DNA from: Chloroflexota bacterium
GTDB lineage: Bacteria > Chloroflexota > Dehalococcoidia > GIF9 > UBA5629
Assembly (NCBI GenBank): GCA_037443085.1
Contig: JBBIPA010000008.1
Span: 1-54,566, forward strand
DNA length: 54,566 nt
Direction: 5' to 3'
Position numbers and translations under genes: made by a program
Notes under the pieces: generated by a model
What the model was told of the DNA's origin: nothing
Databases searched by the model: none
What the model saw: only the letters and a program-made list of their open reading frames with translations
Shown here: positions 34,332-42,850 of the stretch, in pieces
Layout: each line of letters starts with the position of its first letter
Numbering within the stretch: the first letter of the stretch is position 1

Positions 34332-35664
34332 CCACGGCTCCACCGGCTAAGGGCTGTTTGCCATTCTGCCTTGCCGATACACGCGCGGGCTCACTGGCTC
34401 GTTTCCCGTTGCCGTTTTTATGGCCATTGCCTGCAGGGACAGTGCTGCGAGGATTGCGATAGCAGAAGATGCGGTCTTTATAGTTTCTTACTATCAGTTC
34501 CTCTTTTGTTTGAATCAGTACATAGTTCGGCTGAATCGGAATCTTGCCACCACCCTGTGGCAGGTCGATGACAAAGTTCGGTATTGCCAGCCCCGAGGTA
34601 TGTCCTCGCATGCCTTCGACGATGTTAATGCCTGTTTCCACCGGAGTGCGCAGATGCTCGGTACCCTGCACCTCATCGCACTGGAACAAATAGTAAGGAC
34701 GCACCTTTATCTTAAGGAGGCTGTGATTTAATATCATCTGTGTTTCCACGGAATCATTAATGCCCCGCAGCAACACCGATTGGTTATTCACCGGCACTCC
34801 GCTTCTCAGCAAGCGGTCACAGGCTGCTGCTGCCTCAGGTGTTATCTCGTTGGGGTGATTGAAATGGGTATTCAGCCATATCGGCCCGTACTGTGACAGC
34901 ATGTCGCACAGCTCTGCATCTATGCGCTGTGGCAGCACCACTGGACATCTGGTGCCGATGCGGATAATTTCTACATGGTCGATTTTTCTCAAGCCTGATA
35001 AAACCGCTGCCAGGCGCTGCGTTGACAGTGTCAGCGGGTCGCCACCGGAGATAATGACATCCCTGACGGTCTTGTTATTGCGGATATAATCGAGCATTGC
35101 CCCTATCTCAGCCGGCGTCCGCACCCAGGTGCCATGCTGCCATTCCCGTTTCCGGGTACAATGGCGGCAGAGCATGGGACACAAATCAGTGAGCACCATC
35201 AATACCCTGTCAGGATAGCGATGCACTAATCCCGGGACAACAGAGTCTCTCTTCTCTTCAAGCGGGTCTTCAAATCCCATGCTGCCCTGGGCTGCTTCCT
35301 GGAAAGAAGGAATCGCCTGTTTTCTTACCGGGTCATCAGCGTCTAGTGGGTTGATAAGGGATAAATAGTACGGCGTGACGGAAAGCGGATACTTGGTGGC
35401 TACCAGCTTAATTTGTGTTTGCTCGTTTGCTGAAAGCGGGAGATATTTTAGCAGTTCTTCAATAGAGGTAATACGGTTTCGGAAATGCCATTTCCAGTCG
35501 TTCCAATCTTCATCCTGGATCTGGCCGAAGACCCTTTCTCTATGGGTAAACCGGGTACTTGGAGGTTCTTCTTCTACCTCCGTGAGGTTGGTGGCAAAGC
35601 CTGGGGGCTCCTCTTCGGCTTCACCGGAAAGTCGATTTTTCAGTGCTGTGGTTGCTTTTGCCAA
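34303..35664 (-). CDS. kamA: KamA-family radical SAM lysine 2,3-aminomutase-like protein
   Basis: WNDWKW, DPLEE, VPGLVHRYPDRVL, CPMLCRHCTR, SGGDPL, NQSVLLRGIND, YYLFQCD and RGHTSGLA.P.FVIDLPQGGGK. Confidence 0.9.
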   Translation of the reverse strand: MAKATTALKNRLSGEAEEEPPGFATNLTEVEEEPPSTRFTHRERVFGQIQDEDWNDWKWHFRNRITSIEELLKYLPLSANEQTQIKLVATKYPLSVTPYYLSLINPLDADDPVRKQAIPSFQEAAQGSMGFEDPLEEKRDSVVPGLVHRYPDRVLMVLTDLCPMLCRHCTRKREWQHGTWVRTPAEIGAMLDYIRNNKTVRDVIISGGDPLTLSTQRLAAVLSGLRKIDHVEIIRIGTRCPVVLPQRIDAELCDMLSQYGPIWLNTHFNHPNEITPEAAAACDRLLRSGVPVNNQSVLLRGINDSVETQMILNHSLLKIKVRPYYLFQCDEVQGTEHLRTPVETGINIVEGMRGHTSGLAIPNFVIDLPQGGGKIPIQPNYVLIQTKEELIVRNYKDRIFCYRNPRSTVPAGNGHKNGNGKRASEPARVSARQNGKQPLAGGAVDENRAIVRP

Positions 35665-35795
35665 CTACGGTTTCACTCCTTTTCGTCCAAAATATTTTTC
35701 TAAAAAAGACCCACGATTTTTTCATGAGTCCTCATTAATATTTCTTATAACATGTACCAATGCATATGTCAAGTATTTTGAGGAAAAATTTTAAT

Positions 35796-35854
35796 AAAAT
35801 GAAAAATTTTCTTGATGGTGAGGCTGTTTTACGTTCAAGAAAAAAATTCATTTT
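35796..35854. promoter_or_regulatory. Long imperfect inverted repeat in the divergent kamA/ppa promoter region
   Basis: aaaatgaaaaattttcttga-N19-tcaagaaaaaaattcatttt (17/20); the region is AT-rich, so this is partly low complexity. Confidence 0.45.
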
Positions 35855-35931
35855 TAGCAAATCAGCAACCGTGCGCGGCAAGTTGAAAAATACCTTAAAA
35901 ATCGGATAAGATTATTAGTGAAAGAGGTGAC

Positions 35932-36432
35932 ATGATGGTAAAGAAAAAGACTGGAGAACACAATTTTGATGTCATTGAAGTGGTGGTGGAAATTCCCAGG
36001 GGAAGCCGCAATAAGTATGAGTTCGACGTCGCCACCGGTTCAATTCGACTCGACCGCGTGCTGTTTTCTTCAGTCCACTATCCTACCGACTACGGATTTA
36101 TTCCAGGAACAAAAGGTGCTGACGGGGATATGCTCGACATACTCATCATTGTCGAGGAGCCAACTTTCCCGGGCTGCAGGGTTAGAGTGAGACCTATCGG
36201 GTTTCTGCGCATGGTGGATGAGAAAGGTACCGATGAAAAAATACTGGGAGTACCTGTTGCCGACCCCAGGTTCGATGGCATCAAGGATATCGCTGACCTG
36301 CAGAGTCACTGGCTGGCGGAGATTGAAAACTTCTTTGCTACTTACAAGATGCTGGAGGGAAAAGAGAGCTCGGTGCAGGGGTGGTGTGGTGTCACCGAGG
36401 CGAAGAAAGTTCTAAAAAAGTACTGGGTATAA
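35932..36432 (+). CDS. ppa: Family I inorganic pyrophosphatase
   Basis: VEIPRGSRNKYE, LDRVL...YPTDYGFIP, DGDMLD, DEKI and FFATYK.LE. Confidence 0.95.
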   Translation: MMVKKKTGEHNFDVIEVVVEIPRGSRNKYEFDVATGSIRLDRVLFSSVHYPTDYGFIPGTKGADGDMLDILIIVEEPTFPGCRVRVRPIGFLRMVDEKGTDEKILGVPVADPRFDGIKDIADLQSHWLAEIENFFATYKMLEGKESSVQGWCGVTEAKKVLKKYWV

Positions 36433-36444
36433 ACCGCAGGCGTT

Positions 36445-36759
36445 TTATTTCTTCGCCTTGTTTTGGATCCAGGCCAGTCTTGCCTTCACTATTTCGGCGG
36501 CTTCGATATGGTTCTGAGCGCGGCTGATATCTCTGGCGAGCTTGTCATCGCCGAGCACGTCACGAATCCACTTGCTGAAGTCATTCTTTTCTGAACTCAC
36601 GTGGTAACCATAGGAATAATCATTTATATGGGCTAAGCACTCTGCCAGTTGCTGCAAGTTGCCCAGAATGCAGCCATCATTGCAGAAGAAACGCTGGTCG
36701 CCTTCGATGTCAGAGAGGACTTTCTCGGCATCATGTTTTGTTCTCACGGCCATAGTCAC
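36445..36759 (-). CDS. Small DUF5752-like protein
   Basis: F...DG..L.NL..L...L..I....YHV..EKNDFSKWIRDVLGD..LA pattern; GGAGG RBS. Confidence 0.65.
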   Translation of the reverse strand: MTMAVRTKHDAEKVLSDIEGDQRFFCNDGCILGNLQQLAECLAHINDYSYGYHVSSEKNDFSKWIRDVLGDDKLARDISRAQNHIEAAEIVKARLAWIQNKAKK

Positions 36760-36998
36760 ACCTCCTCAACCCATTTATTTGCGGGGGATTGCAAAATAAT
36801 TCTAACCAATTACTCTGTCCTTGTCTATAATATGTAATAGACTGGTCAAGGAATGGTTTACATTATAGTCTAGAGCAGGGGTATTTTTTGCTGCGGACGC
36901 TCTTAGTTGTCAATGCTACTACGACTTGGATACAATGAAGAGCCAATAAAGAAACAACCAATCAATGTGCTTAGTGCGAAAGGAGTGAACAAAGGTAT

Positions 36999-37538
36999 AT
37001 GTCATTAGAAGATAATGACGAGAAAAGAACCAGAACAGAAGCAGAAATCAGGCAGATGGAGATAGATGATATCAGCTCCGTTTATCATCTTGGAGAGCGG
37101 CTGTTTACCAGCGAGGAGTTTCCCATTCTCTACCGGACCTGGGACCCTTTTGAAGTGACCGACTATTTCACCTCTGACCCGAACTACTGCCTGGTGGCTG
37201 AAGCTGATGGAGTCATCGTCGGCTTCATTATCGGCACCACTATTGAAAAAGAGGGTACTGCCTGGAAGAAGTACGGGTATCTGAGCTGGATTGGGGTTGA
37301 CGATGATTACCAGCGTACCAGCCTGGGGCAGCGTCTTTACAGAAAGCTCGAGGAGAGGATGAAGAAAGACGGCGTCAGAATGATTATTGCTGATACCGAT
37401 GCTGAAAATGAGCCGGCAATCGCCTTTTTTCTGGCGATGAAATTTTCCCTTACCAGCAAGCATCAGTGGTTAGCCAAGACGCTGCGACGGCGCGGCAAAA
37501 AAGATAAGCCAAACAACCATGCGCACAATAACAGGTAA
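36999..37538 (+). CDS. GNAT family N-acetyltransferase
   Basis: IRQMEIDD, CLVAE...VGF, YGYLSWIGV...QRTSLG and N..AIAFF. Confidence 0.9.
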   Translation: MSLEDNDEKRTRTEAEIRQMEIDDISSVYHLGERLFTSEEFPILYRTWDPFEVTDYFTSDPNYCLVAEADGVIVGFIIGTTIEKEGTAWKKYGYLSWIGVDDDYQRTSLGQRLYRKLEERMKKDGVRMIIADTDAENEPAIAFFLAMKFSLTSKHQWLAKTLRRRGKKDKPNNHAHNNR

Positions 37539-37579
37539 AGGATGTTAAGCTAAATGCGGAATCAGCCTCGGGAGCATGA

Positions 37580-38677
37580 ATGGAGATAAAACCTGAACGA
37601 TTAAAAGAGCTATTCAAGGGACTTGTTGATATCTACAGCCCTCCTGGCAAGGAAGAGGAGATCATGGCTTATGCTGAAACCTATCTCAGGGACCAGGGTC
37701 TCTCCGTGACCAGGCAGGAGGTTGATGATGGCCGGTGTAACCTCATTGTGTTGCCCGAAGACACCGACGAAATCGACCTCTGCTTTGTGGGGCATATGGA
37801 TACGGTAACTGCCCACGACCTTGACGATTACGGCTTTTATGAGGAAGAAGGCCTTGTTTATGGATTGGGCACTGCTGATATGAAAGCTGGCTGCGCTGCC
37901 ATGATAGAAGCATTCACAGCGCTGGCGGCGAAGAAAGGGAAATTTCCGCCGGTGGGGCTGGCTCTGGTGGTGGGGGAAGAGGAAGATGGCTTCGGCGCCA
38001 AGACGTTGATGCGAGAGCACCGCTTCCCCTGGGCTATAGTCGGTGAGCCTACCAACATGGTGCCCTGCCTGGGGCATTATGCCTACCTGGAGGTGCTGCT
38101 GCGCACCAGAGGCAAAAGAGCTCATTCTTCCATGCCGGAACTGGGACAGAATGCTATCGAAAGCATGTTGAAACTACTGCTGAAGGTCACGGAATATACC
38201 CAGTCCACTACCAGCGGCCTGGTGTACAATATCAGGGAGCTATCCGGTTTCCCCGGCGGCTTCGTGGTGCCCGATACCTGCGAGGCATGGCTCGACATTC
38301 ATCTGCCGCCTAACTCCAGAATTGATGTACTCAAAACAGAACTGGAGCAACTGGTAGAGGCGGCGGGCAAAACCATATCAGAGCTTGATGCCTATCTCAG
38401 GTTTGTTGATACCTATGCCGGCTATCACATTTCTGCGGATAGACCGCTGGTTAAAAAGCTAAAAGCGGTATATGAGAGGGCGTCTCTGCCCTGGGAGCCG
38501 CAGGATTTCCGCAGCCATTCCGACGGTAATGTGCTCTGGGCTGCTGGAGTTGACCCCATCATCCTGGGTCCGGGACGGCTGGAAGAAGCGCATAATCCAG
38601 AGGAATCGGTACCCTTTCCTCAAGTGGTGCAGGCAGCACAGCTTTACCTGGATTTTGCTTTATCGCTGGTTCGATAG
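37580..38677 (+). CDS. M20 family metallopeptidase/deacetylase (ArgE/DapE/LysK-like)
   Basis: GHMDTV, GLGTADMKAG, VGEE, VGEPT, GKRAHSS.P..G.NAI and AHNPEE. Confidence 0.9.
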   Translation: MEIKPERLKELFKGLVDIYSPPGKEEEIMAYAETYLRDQGLSVTRQEVDDGRCNLIVLPEDTDEIDLCFVGHMDTVTAHDLDDYGFYEEEGLVYGLGTADMKAGCAAMIEAFTALAAKKGKFPPVGLALVVGEEEDGFGAKTLMREHRFPWAIVGEPTNMVPCLGHYAYLEVLLRTRGKRAHSSMPELGQNAIESMLKLLLKVTEYTQSTTSGLVYNIRELSGFPGGFVVPDTCEAWLDIHLPPNSRIDVLKTELEQLVEAAGKTISELDAYLRFVDTYAGYHISADRPLVKKLKAVYERASLPWEPQDFRSHSDGNVLWAAGVDPIILGPGRLEEAHNPEESVPFPQVVQAAQLYLDFALSLVR

Positions 38678-38782
38678 ACCTCGAAGTTTTTCTGATGGGG
38701 CTTTAGCCCCTTCGACCCCGATATTATCGGATTACCTTCTTGACACCTCACTCTTGTTGCTGTACCTTATGCTTACAGGGAG

Positions 38783-40438
38783 GTGGCAGAGATGCGTGGG
38801 AAAAAGGCACCGCGACGAGCTACTCAGGGTGAAGAGCGAGGACTATCGCTTCAGGACATTGTGAATGGGGTGGAGGATGAGCTTATCGTCGTTGATAGTG
38901 AGTACAGCGTCAGGCTGGCTAACTCCGCTGCCAGAGCCAAACTTCAGGCAGAAGCTCCGCTGGTGGGCAGGCATTGCTACAAAGTATTTTATGGTAATGA
39001 CAAGCCCTGCAGCACTTCTCTCTGGGACTGCCCCTTGAGACAGGTCCTGGCCAGTGGCAAAGCCACGGCGGTTATCCACCCGCTCCACATCAACAAAACC
39101 ACCAGATATATTAAGGTCATTGCCTGCCCTATCCGTGATATCGAGGGCAACACCTCGGCGATGGTGGAACTGAGGAGGGAGGTCACCAGCGAGAGAGAGC
39201 TGGAGCGGCAAATCCTGAGACGTCATCACCAGCTTAGAGCGTTGAGCCGCATCTCCAGCGCTGTCACCAGTCTGCAAGAACTGCCTGCCATTCTGAAAAA
39301 TGCCCTGGACAACGTGCTGGAGGTGGTTAATGGCGCTATCGGGGGTATTTTGCTTCTCGATGAACAGTCGGGAACGTTGCGCTATCACATGCAGCGTGGT
39401 CTCTCTGCCAGGTACACCGAGGAGATGAGGATATCTCTGGGCGAGGGGATAGCGGGGAGGGTGGCTCAAACTGGCGAGCCCATAGCGGTCGAGGACATAT
39501 CCCAGGACCCCCGCACGGCGCGTCCCGACCTGGTCAGCGCCGAGGGACTTAAAGGGTTCGTCAGCATACCGTTGAAATCACGGGACAAAGTTATCGGCGT
39601 GATGAACATCGCCAGCCATGAGGAAGGGCGCTTTGGCGCTGATGACCTGTCCCTGCTGAGTTCTATCGGCGATTACCTGGGAACTGCCATCGAGCAGGCC
39701 AGACTATACGATAGGTTGAAAAGGGCTGGAGAGAGATATAAGTCGCTGCTGCGCCATGCCCTCACTGCCCAGGAAGAGGAGAGAAAGAGAGTTGCCCGGG
39801 AATTGCATGATGAAACCAGCCAGGCGATTACCAGCCTTACCTTGAGATTGCAGGCTCTCATACAGATAGCTGAAATCCAGGGGATTAACAATGTCGAATT
39901 TGTGGAGAATCTTAAGGCAGCTCATACAAGTGCAGTTTACGCTGGCAACGAGATAGTAAAGCTCATGAAAGAGCTGCGGCCCACCTTACTCGATGCATTG
40001 GGGCTGCCTGTTGCCATAAAGAGATATGCCAAGGATACCCTGGAGGCCAATGGTATCGAGCTGGCAGCAGATTTCAAAGGCGTGGACAGGCGTCTGCCGC
40101 CGGAAATCGAGGTGACGCTGTTCCGCATTGCCCAGGGTACCATTGGCAATATCCTGGAGCATTCCGAGGCTAAGAAGGTTTCTGTTGAGCTTCAGTGCGA
40201 TGAGGCAGAGTGCCATTTGCGTATTGCCGATGATGGCAAAGGTTTTGATGTTAGCAAGCTCACCCATGTTAGCTCCAGCGGCCGCGGCGCTGGCTTATTC
40301 ACCATGAAAGAGAGGGTGAAGCTGGCGGGTGGTGCTTGCCATATAGAGTCCCAGCCCGGTCAGGGTACCAGCGTGATAGTGAAAATTCCTCTGACCAAGG
40401 ATGAAGTAGATGAGACGGATAAAAGTACTCATAGTTGA
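38783..40438 (+). CDS. Cytoplasmic PAS-GAF sensor histidine kinase (HisKA_3)
   Basis: PAS with HCY...PC...CP, GAF (GEGIAGRVA), EEERKRVARELHDE, DDGKGF and GAGL. Confidence 0.92.
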   Translation: MAEMRGKKAPRRATQGEERGLSLQDIVNGVEDELIVVDSEYSVRLANSAARAKLQAEAPLVGRHCYKVFYGNDKPCSTSLWDCPLRQVLASGKATAVIHPLHINKTTRYIKVIACPIRDIEGNTSAMVELRREVTSERELERQILRRHHQLRALSRISSAVTSLQELPAILKNALDNVLEVVNGAIGGILLLDEQSGTLRYHMQRGLSARYTEEMRISLGEGIAGRVAQTGEPIAVEDISQDPRTARPDLVSAEGLKGFVSIPLKSRDKVIGVMNIASHEEGRFGADDLSLLSSIGDYLGTAIEQARLYDRLKRAGERYKSLLRHALTAQEEERKRVARELHDETSQAITSLTLRLQALIQIAEIQGINNVEFVENLKAAHTSAVYAGNEIVKLMKELRPTLLDALGLPVAIKRYAKDTLEANGIELAADFKGVDRRLPPEIEVTLFRIAQGTIGNILEHSEAKKVSVELQCDEAECHLRIADDGKGFDVSKLTHVSSSGRGAGLFTMKERVKLAGGACHIESQPGQGTSVIVKIPLTKDEVDETDKSTHS

Positions 40439-41060
40439 TGACCACACGCTGGTGCGTGATGGCATCAAAGCTCTGCTGATGCTGGCTTTGGATATCGAAG
40501 TGGTGGGTGAGGCAGCTAACGGCAGGGAAGCTCTGGAAAAGGTAAAGGAGCTCTCTCCTGATGTGGTGCTCATGGACCTGGCCATGCCTGTCCTGGGTGG
40601 ATTGGACGCCACACGTCGAATCCGCAAGGAGTTCCCAGGGACGAAGGTGCTGGTGCTGACACAGTACGATGACAGCGAATTTGTTGTTCCTGCTATCGAG
40701 GCAGGTGCCCGCGGCTTCATCACCAAAATGGCGGCGTTTTCCGAGCTGGCTACTGCTATCCAGGCAGTCTACAAAGGCGCTTCCTATCTCTCGCCCTCGG
40801 CAGCGGCAGCGCTGGTGGAAGAGTGCCAGCAAAAACCCGGGGCAGGGGGGAAAGACCCCTTCGACCAGCTCAGCGACCGTGAGCGTGAAGTGCTCAAGCT
40901 GGTGGTGGAAGGGCACACTGCCAAGGAGATAGCCGATATGCTCATGGTCAGCCCCAAGACCGTGGAATGGTACAAATCCAGCTTGATGGACAAGCTGAAC
41001 GTCCACAACAAAACCGACCTCATCAAATACGCCATACGCAAGCAGATTATTACGCTGTAG
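40410..41060 (+). CDS. NarL/LuxR family response regulator
   Basis: VDDH, MDLAMP and LSDREREVL..HTH; overlaps the kinase 3' end. Confidence 0.95.
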   Translation: MRRIKVLIVDDHTLVRDGIKALLMLALDIEVVGEAANGREALEKVKELSPDVVLMDLAMPVLGGLDATRRIRKEFPGTKVLVLTQYDDSEFVVPAIEAGARGFITKMAAFSELATAIQAVYKGASYLSPSAAAALVEECQQKPGAGGKDPFDQLSDREREVLKLVVEGHTAKEIADMLMVSPKTVEWYKSSLMDKLNVHNKTDLIKYAIRKQIITL

Positions 41061-41165
41061 GTGCGGTAGTGCTTTAATAGAATTATACTAAAAGAAGCGC
41101 GGGAAGGTCGGATTGGACTCGATGAAAAAACAAAAGAATCTTGTGAAGAGGGGAGATACGATACC

Positions 41166-41414
41166 ATGACAGGTAAGAAAATTGGGAGAAAAAGATGTAA
41201 GAATTGTGGGGAAATCCTAGATGCTATTTGGTTTACAGCATTAATGACAGAGGAGTGGTCTTGGAATGGTGATGGCTATAACGAATGCACTGCAAAACAT
41301 AGTCTTGTTAATGATTATGACCAAAACGTTATCTGTCCGAATTGTGAACATGTGGTTGGCACAGGCATTGACTTTGGCTTTGGGAGAGGATTTAAGTGGA
41401 AAATTATCTATTGA
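41166..41414 (+). CDS. Small Zn-ribbon-like hypothetical protein
   Basis: CKNC ... CPNC pairs; GGGGAG RBS; AT-rich. Confidence 0.6.
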   Translation: MTGKKIGRKRCKNCGEILDAIWFTALMTEEWSWNGDGYNECTAKHSLVNDYDQNVICPNCEHVVGTGIDFGFGRGFKWKIIY

Positions 41415-41464
41415 TTTAATTAAGGTACTCAATGTAATTCTTTGGTACTTTCATATGGGAGTGG

Positions 41465-41959
41465 TTGGAAATGATACACGAGCTACCGCAAACGATCCGA
41501 AGTGAGAGCCAAGTTAATTATAGCTATATGACAATTAATATGACATCAAGCCGTATCGATAAAGGGCTAATTGCTATCCCTGTATCTTTAGCTGAGTGGT
41601 TTCCGAAGCATAATGGTATTATTAACGTTTACTTAGATGATTCGCTTAATTTACAACCCAAGACTTTTTCTTCGTATAAGAGCAGTACTCGAGAATGTAG
41701 AATTGGAGGCGTTGCTGATTGGTTTGAAACAAATGAAATTAAGAGCGGGGATGAAATAGTCATTCAGGTCATGGACAAGGAAAACTTTATCTACAGGCTA
41801 ATCACAGAGAAAAGATTCATTGCGAGAACTAAAGAGTTACAGTATGGATTCGATCGTTCTGCAAGTGAACAAGAAGCTTCTGAGAAAATTACAGCAATTG
41901 CTCAGTGGACTAACATGGGGAAGAAAAAAGTTGTGCTGAGTGAGTTCAAACTCCACTAG
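41465..41959 (+). CDS. Hypothetical protein, possibly a truncated N-terminal part of a restriction/HNH-type nuclease
   Basis: AT-rich 164 aa ORF. SRIDKGLIAIP...ECRIGG...IKSGDEIVI is reminiscent of pseudobarrel DNA-binding domains, and the ORF ends abruptly. Confidence 0.45.
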   Translation: MEMIHELPQTIRSESQVNYSYMTINMTSSRIDKGLIAIPVSLAEWFPKHNGIINVYLDDSLNLQPKTFSSYKSSTRECRIGGVADWFETNEIKSGDEIVIQVMDKENFIYRLITEKRFIARTKELQYGFDRSASEQEASEKITAIAQWTNMGKKKVVLSEFKLH

Positions 41960-41961
41960 CC

Positions 41962-41990
41962 CCCTCTGGGTTACGACCTAGAGGGTTTTT
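41962..41990 (+). terminator. Rho-independent terminator
   Basis: ccctctgggt-tacg-acctagaggg followed by a T run, directly after the stop. Confidence 0.7.
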
Positions 41991-42248
41991 CACATACAGC
42001 TCATGAGCAAAGTGATATCCAGGCAAGACCATTATATTTGTTTTTCCCTTTGGACGAAGAAATAAAGAACTCGCTCAAATTGCGTCGAACTCGTTTAATA
42101 TGCATGTGCAAAGTTACAAGCGTCATCAATTCCCTAAACCTGTTGTGTTATCGGATGGCACACAAATCTTTAAACCTGCTGGCTGGTAATAATCAGCCCG
42201 TTACACGTGCCCTCGCGATGGCAGTTCATAGCTCGTGACTGGTGGTTC

Positions 42249-42290
42249 GAGATTGCTTCGCTACACTCGCAATGGACATTTTAGATGAGG
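42249..42290. repeat. Family C repeat fragment
   Basis: gagattgcttcgctacactcgcaatggacattttagat parallels the right half of 29425-29534. Confidence 0.5.
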
Positions 42291-42293
42291 TAT

Positions 42294-42434
42294 TCAAACC
42301 ATTTTTAAGAATTCTTCTAGTGTAAGCTGTGCTGATTTGATGATTTTAGCCAGGGTGGGCCGTTTAATAGGAGAATGCGCGGGGACTACCAGTTTGATTA
42401 CTTTTCAGCATGAGAGGCTGGGAACTTTGCGCAT
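42294..42434 (-). pseudogene. hicA: HicA toxin remnant
   Basis: MRKVPSLSC*KVIKLVVPAHSPIKRPTLAKIIKSAQLTLEEFLKMV*: both HicA ends are present, with an in-frame stop and the central GSH segment deleted. Confidence 0.75.
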
Positions 42435-42634
42435 AGAGCGATTTCCTTAACCAGGTGGGTATCGGTGACAAAGAGTTCGTCGTCAATTGGCTCAAGGTAG
42501 AGCTCAATGGCCTCTTTGATATTGGTTAAGGCTTCTTCCTCGGTCTCTCCTTCGCTTACACATCCGGGGAGGGAAGGAACATAAACTGTATATCCCCCTT
42601 CTTTGCAGGGTTCTAAAATGACTTTTAGTTTCAA
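42398..42634 (-). CDS. hicB: HicB family antitoxin
   Basis: EGGYTVYVPSLPGCVSEGETEEEALTNIKEAIELYL; TTG start. Confidence 0.9.
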   Translation of the reverse strand: MKLKVILEPCKEGGYTVYVPSLPGCVSEGETEEEALTNIKEAIELYLEPIDDELFVTDTHLVKEIALCAKFPASHAEK

Positions 42635-42850
42635 GGTTATCCTTCCTGAATGTCATTATAGGATTAGCAGTGTAATAAGGCAAATGACAATATGAATTAG
42701 TATTTCCCCTAATCCCAAAACCAGTAATTACCCCGGTAAAAATCCCAAAGTCAAAGCTGTTATCATCAGGGTATTTCCTATTGTCCCTTGTTTAGCTACT
42801 GGGTAGGATACGGGTAGATGCTGAACTATTGTTGAGGGGAGAGGAAATAG

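Noticed and set aside
34303-35664. EpmB or glutamate 2,3-aminomutase
   Set aside because: The protein is longer than EpmB, has no efp/epmA neighbour, and retains both lysine-binding Asp residues.
41940-41964. gtgagttcaaactccactagcccc as a tRNA 3'-half/att remnant truncating the upstream ORF
   Set aside because: The T-stem does not pair properly and it matches no tRNA in the window; too weak without a genome search.
42405-42407. In-frame TGA in hicA as selenocysteine
   Set aside because: HicA is not a selenoprotein family, no SECIS-like hairpin is evident, and the gene also has an internal deletion.
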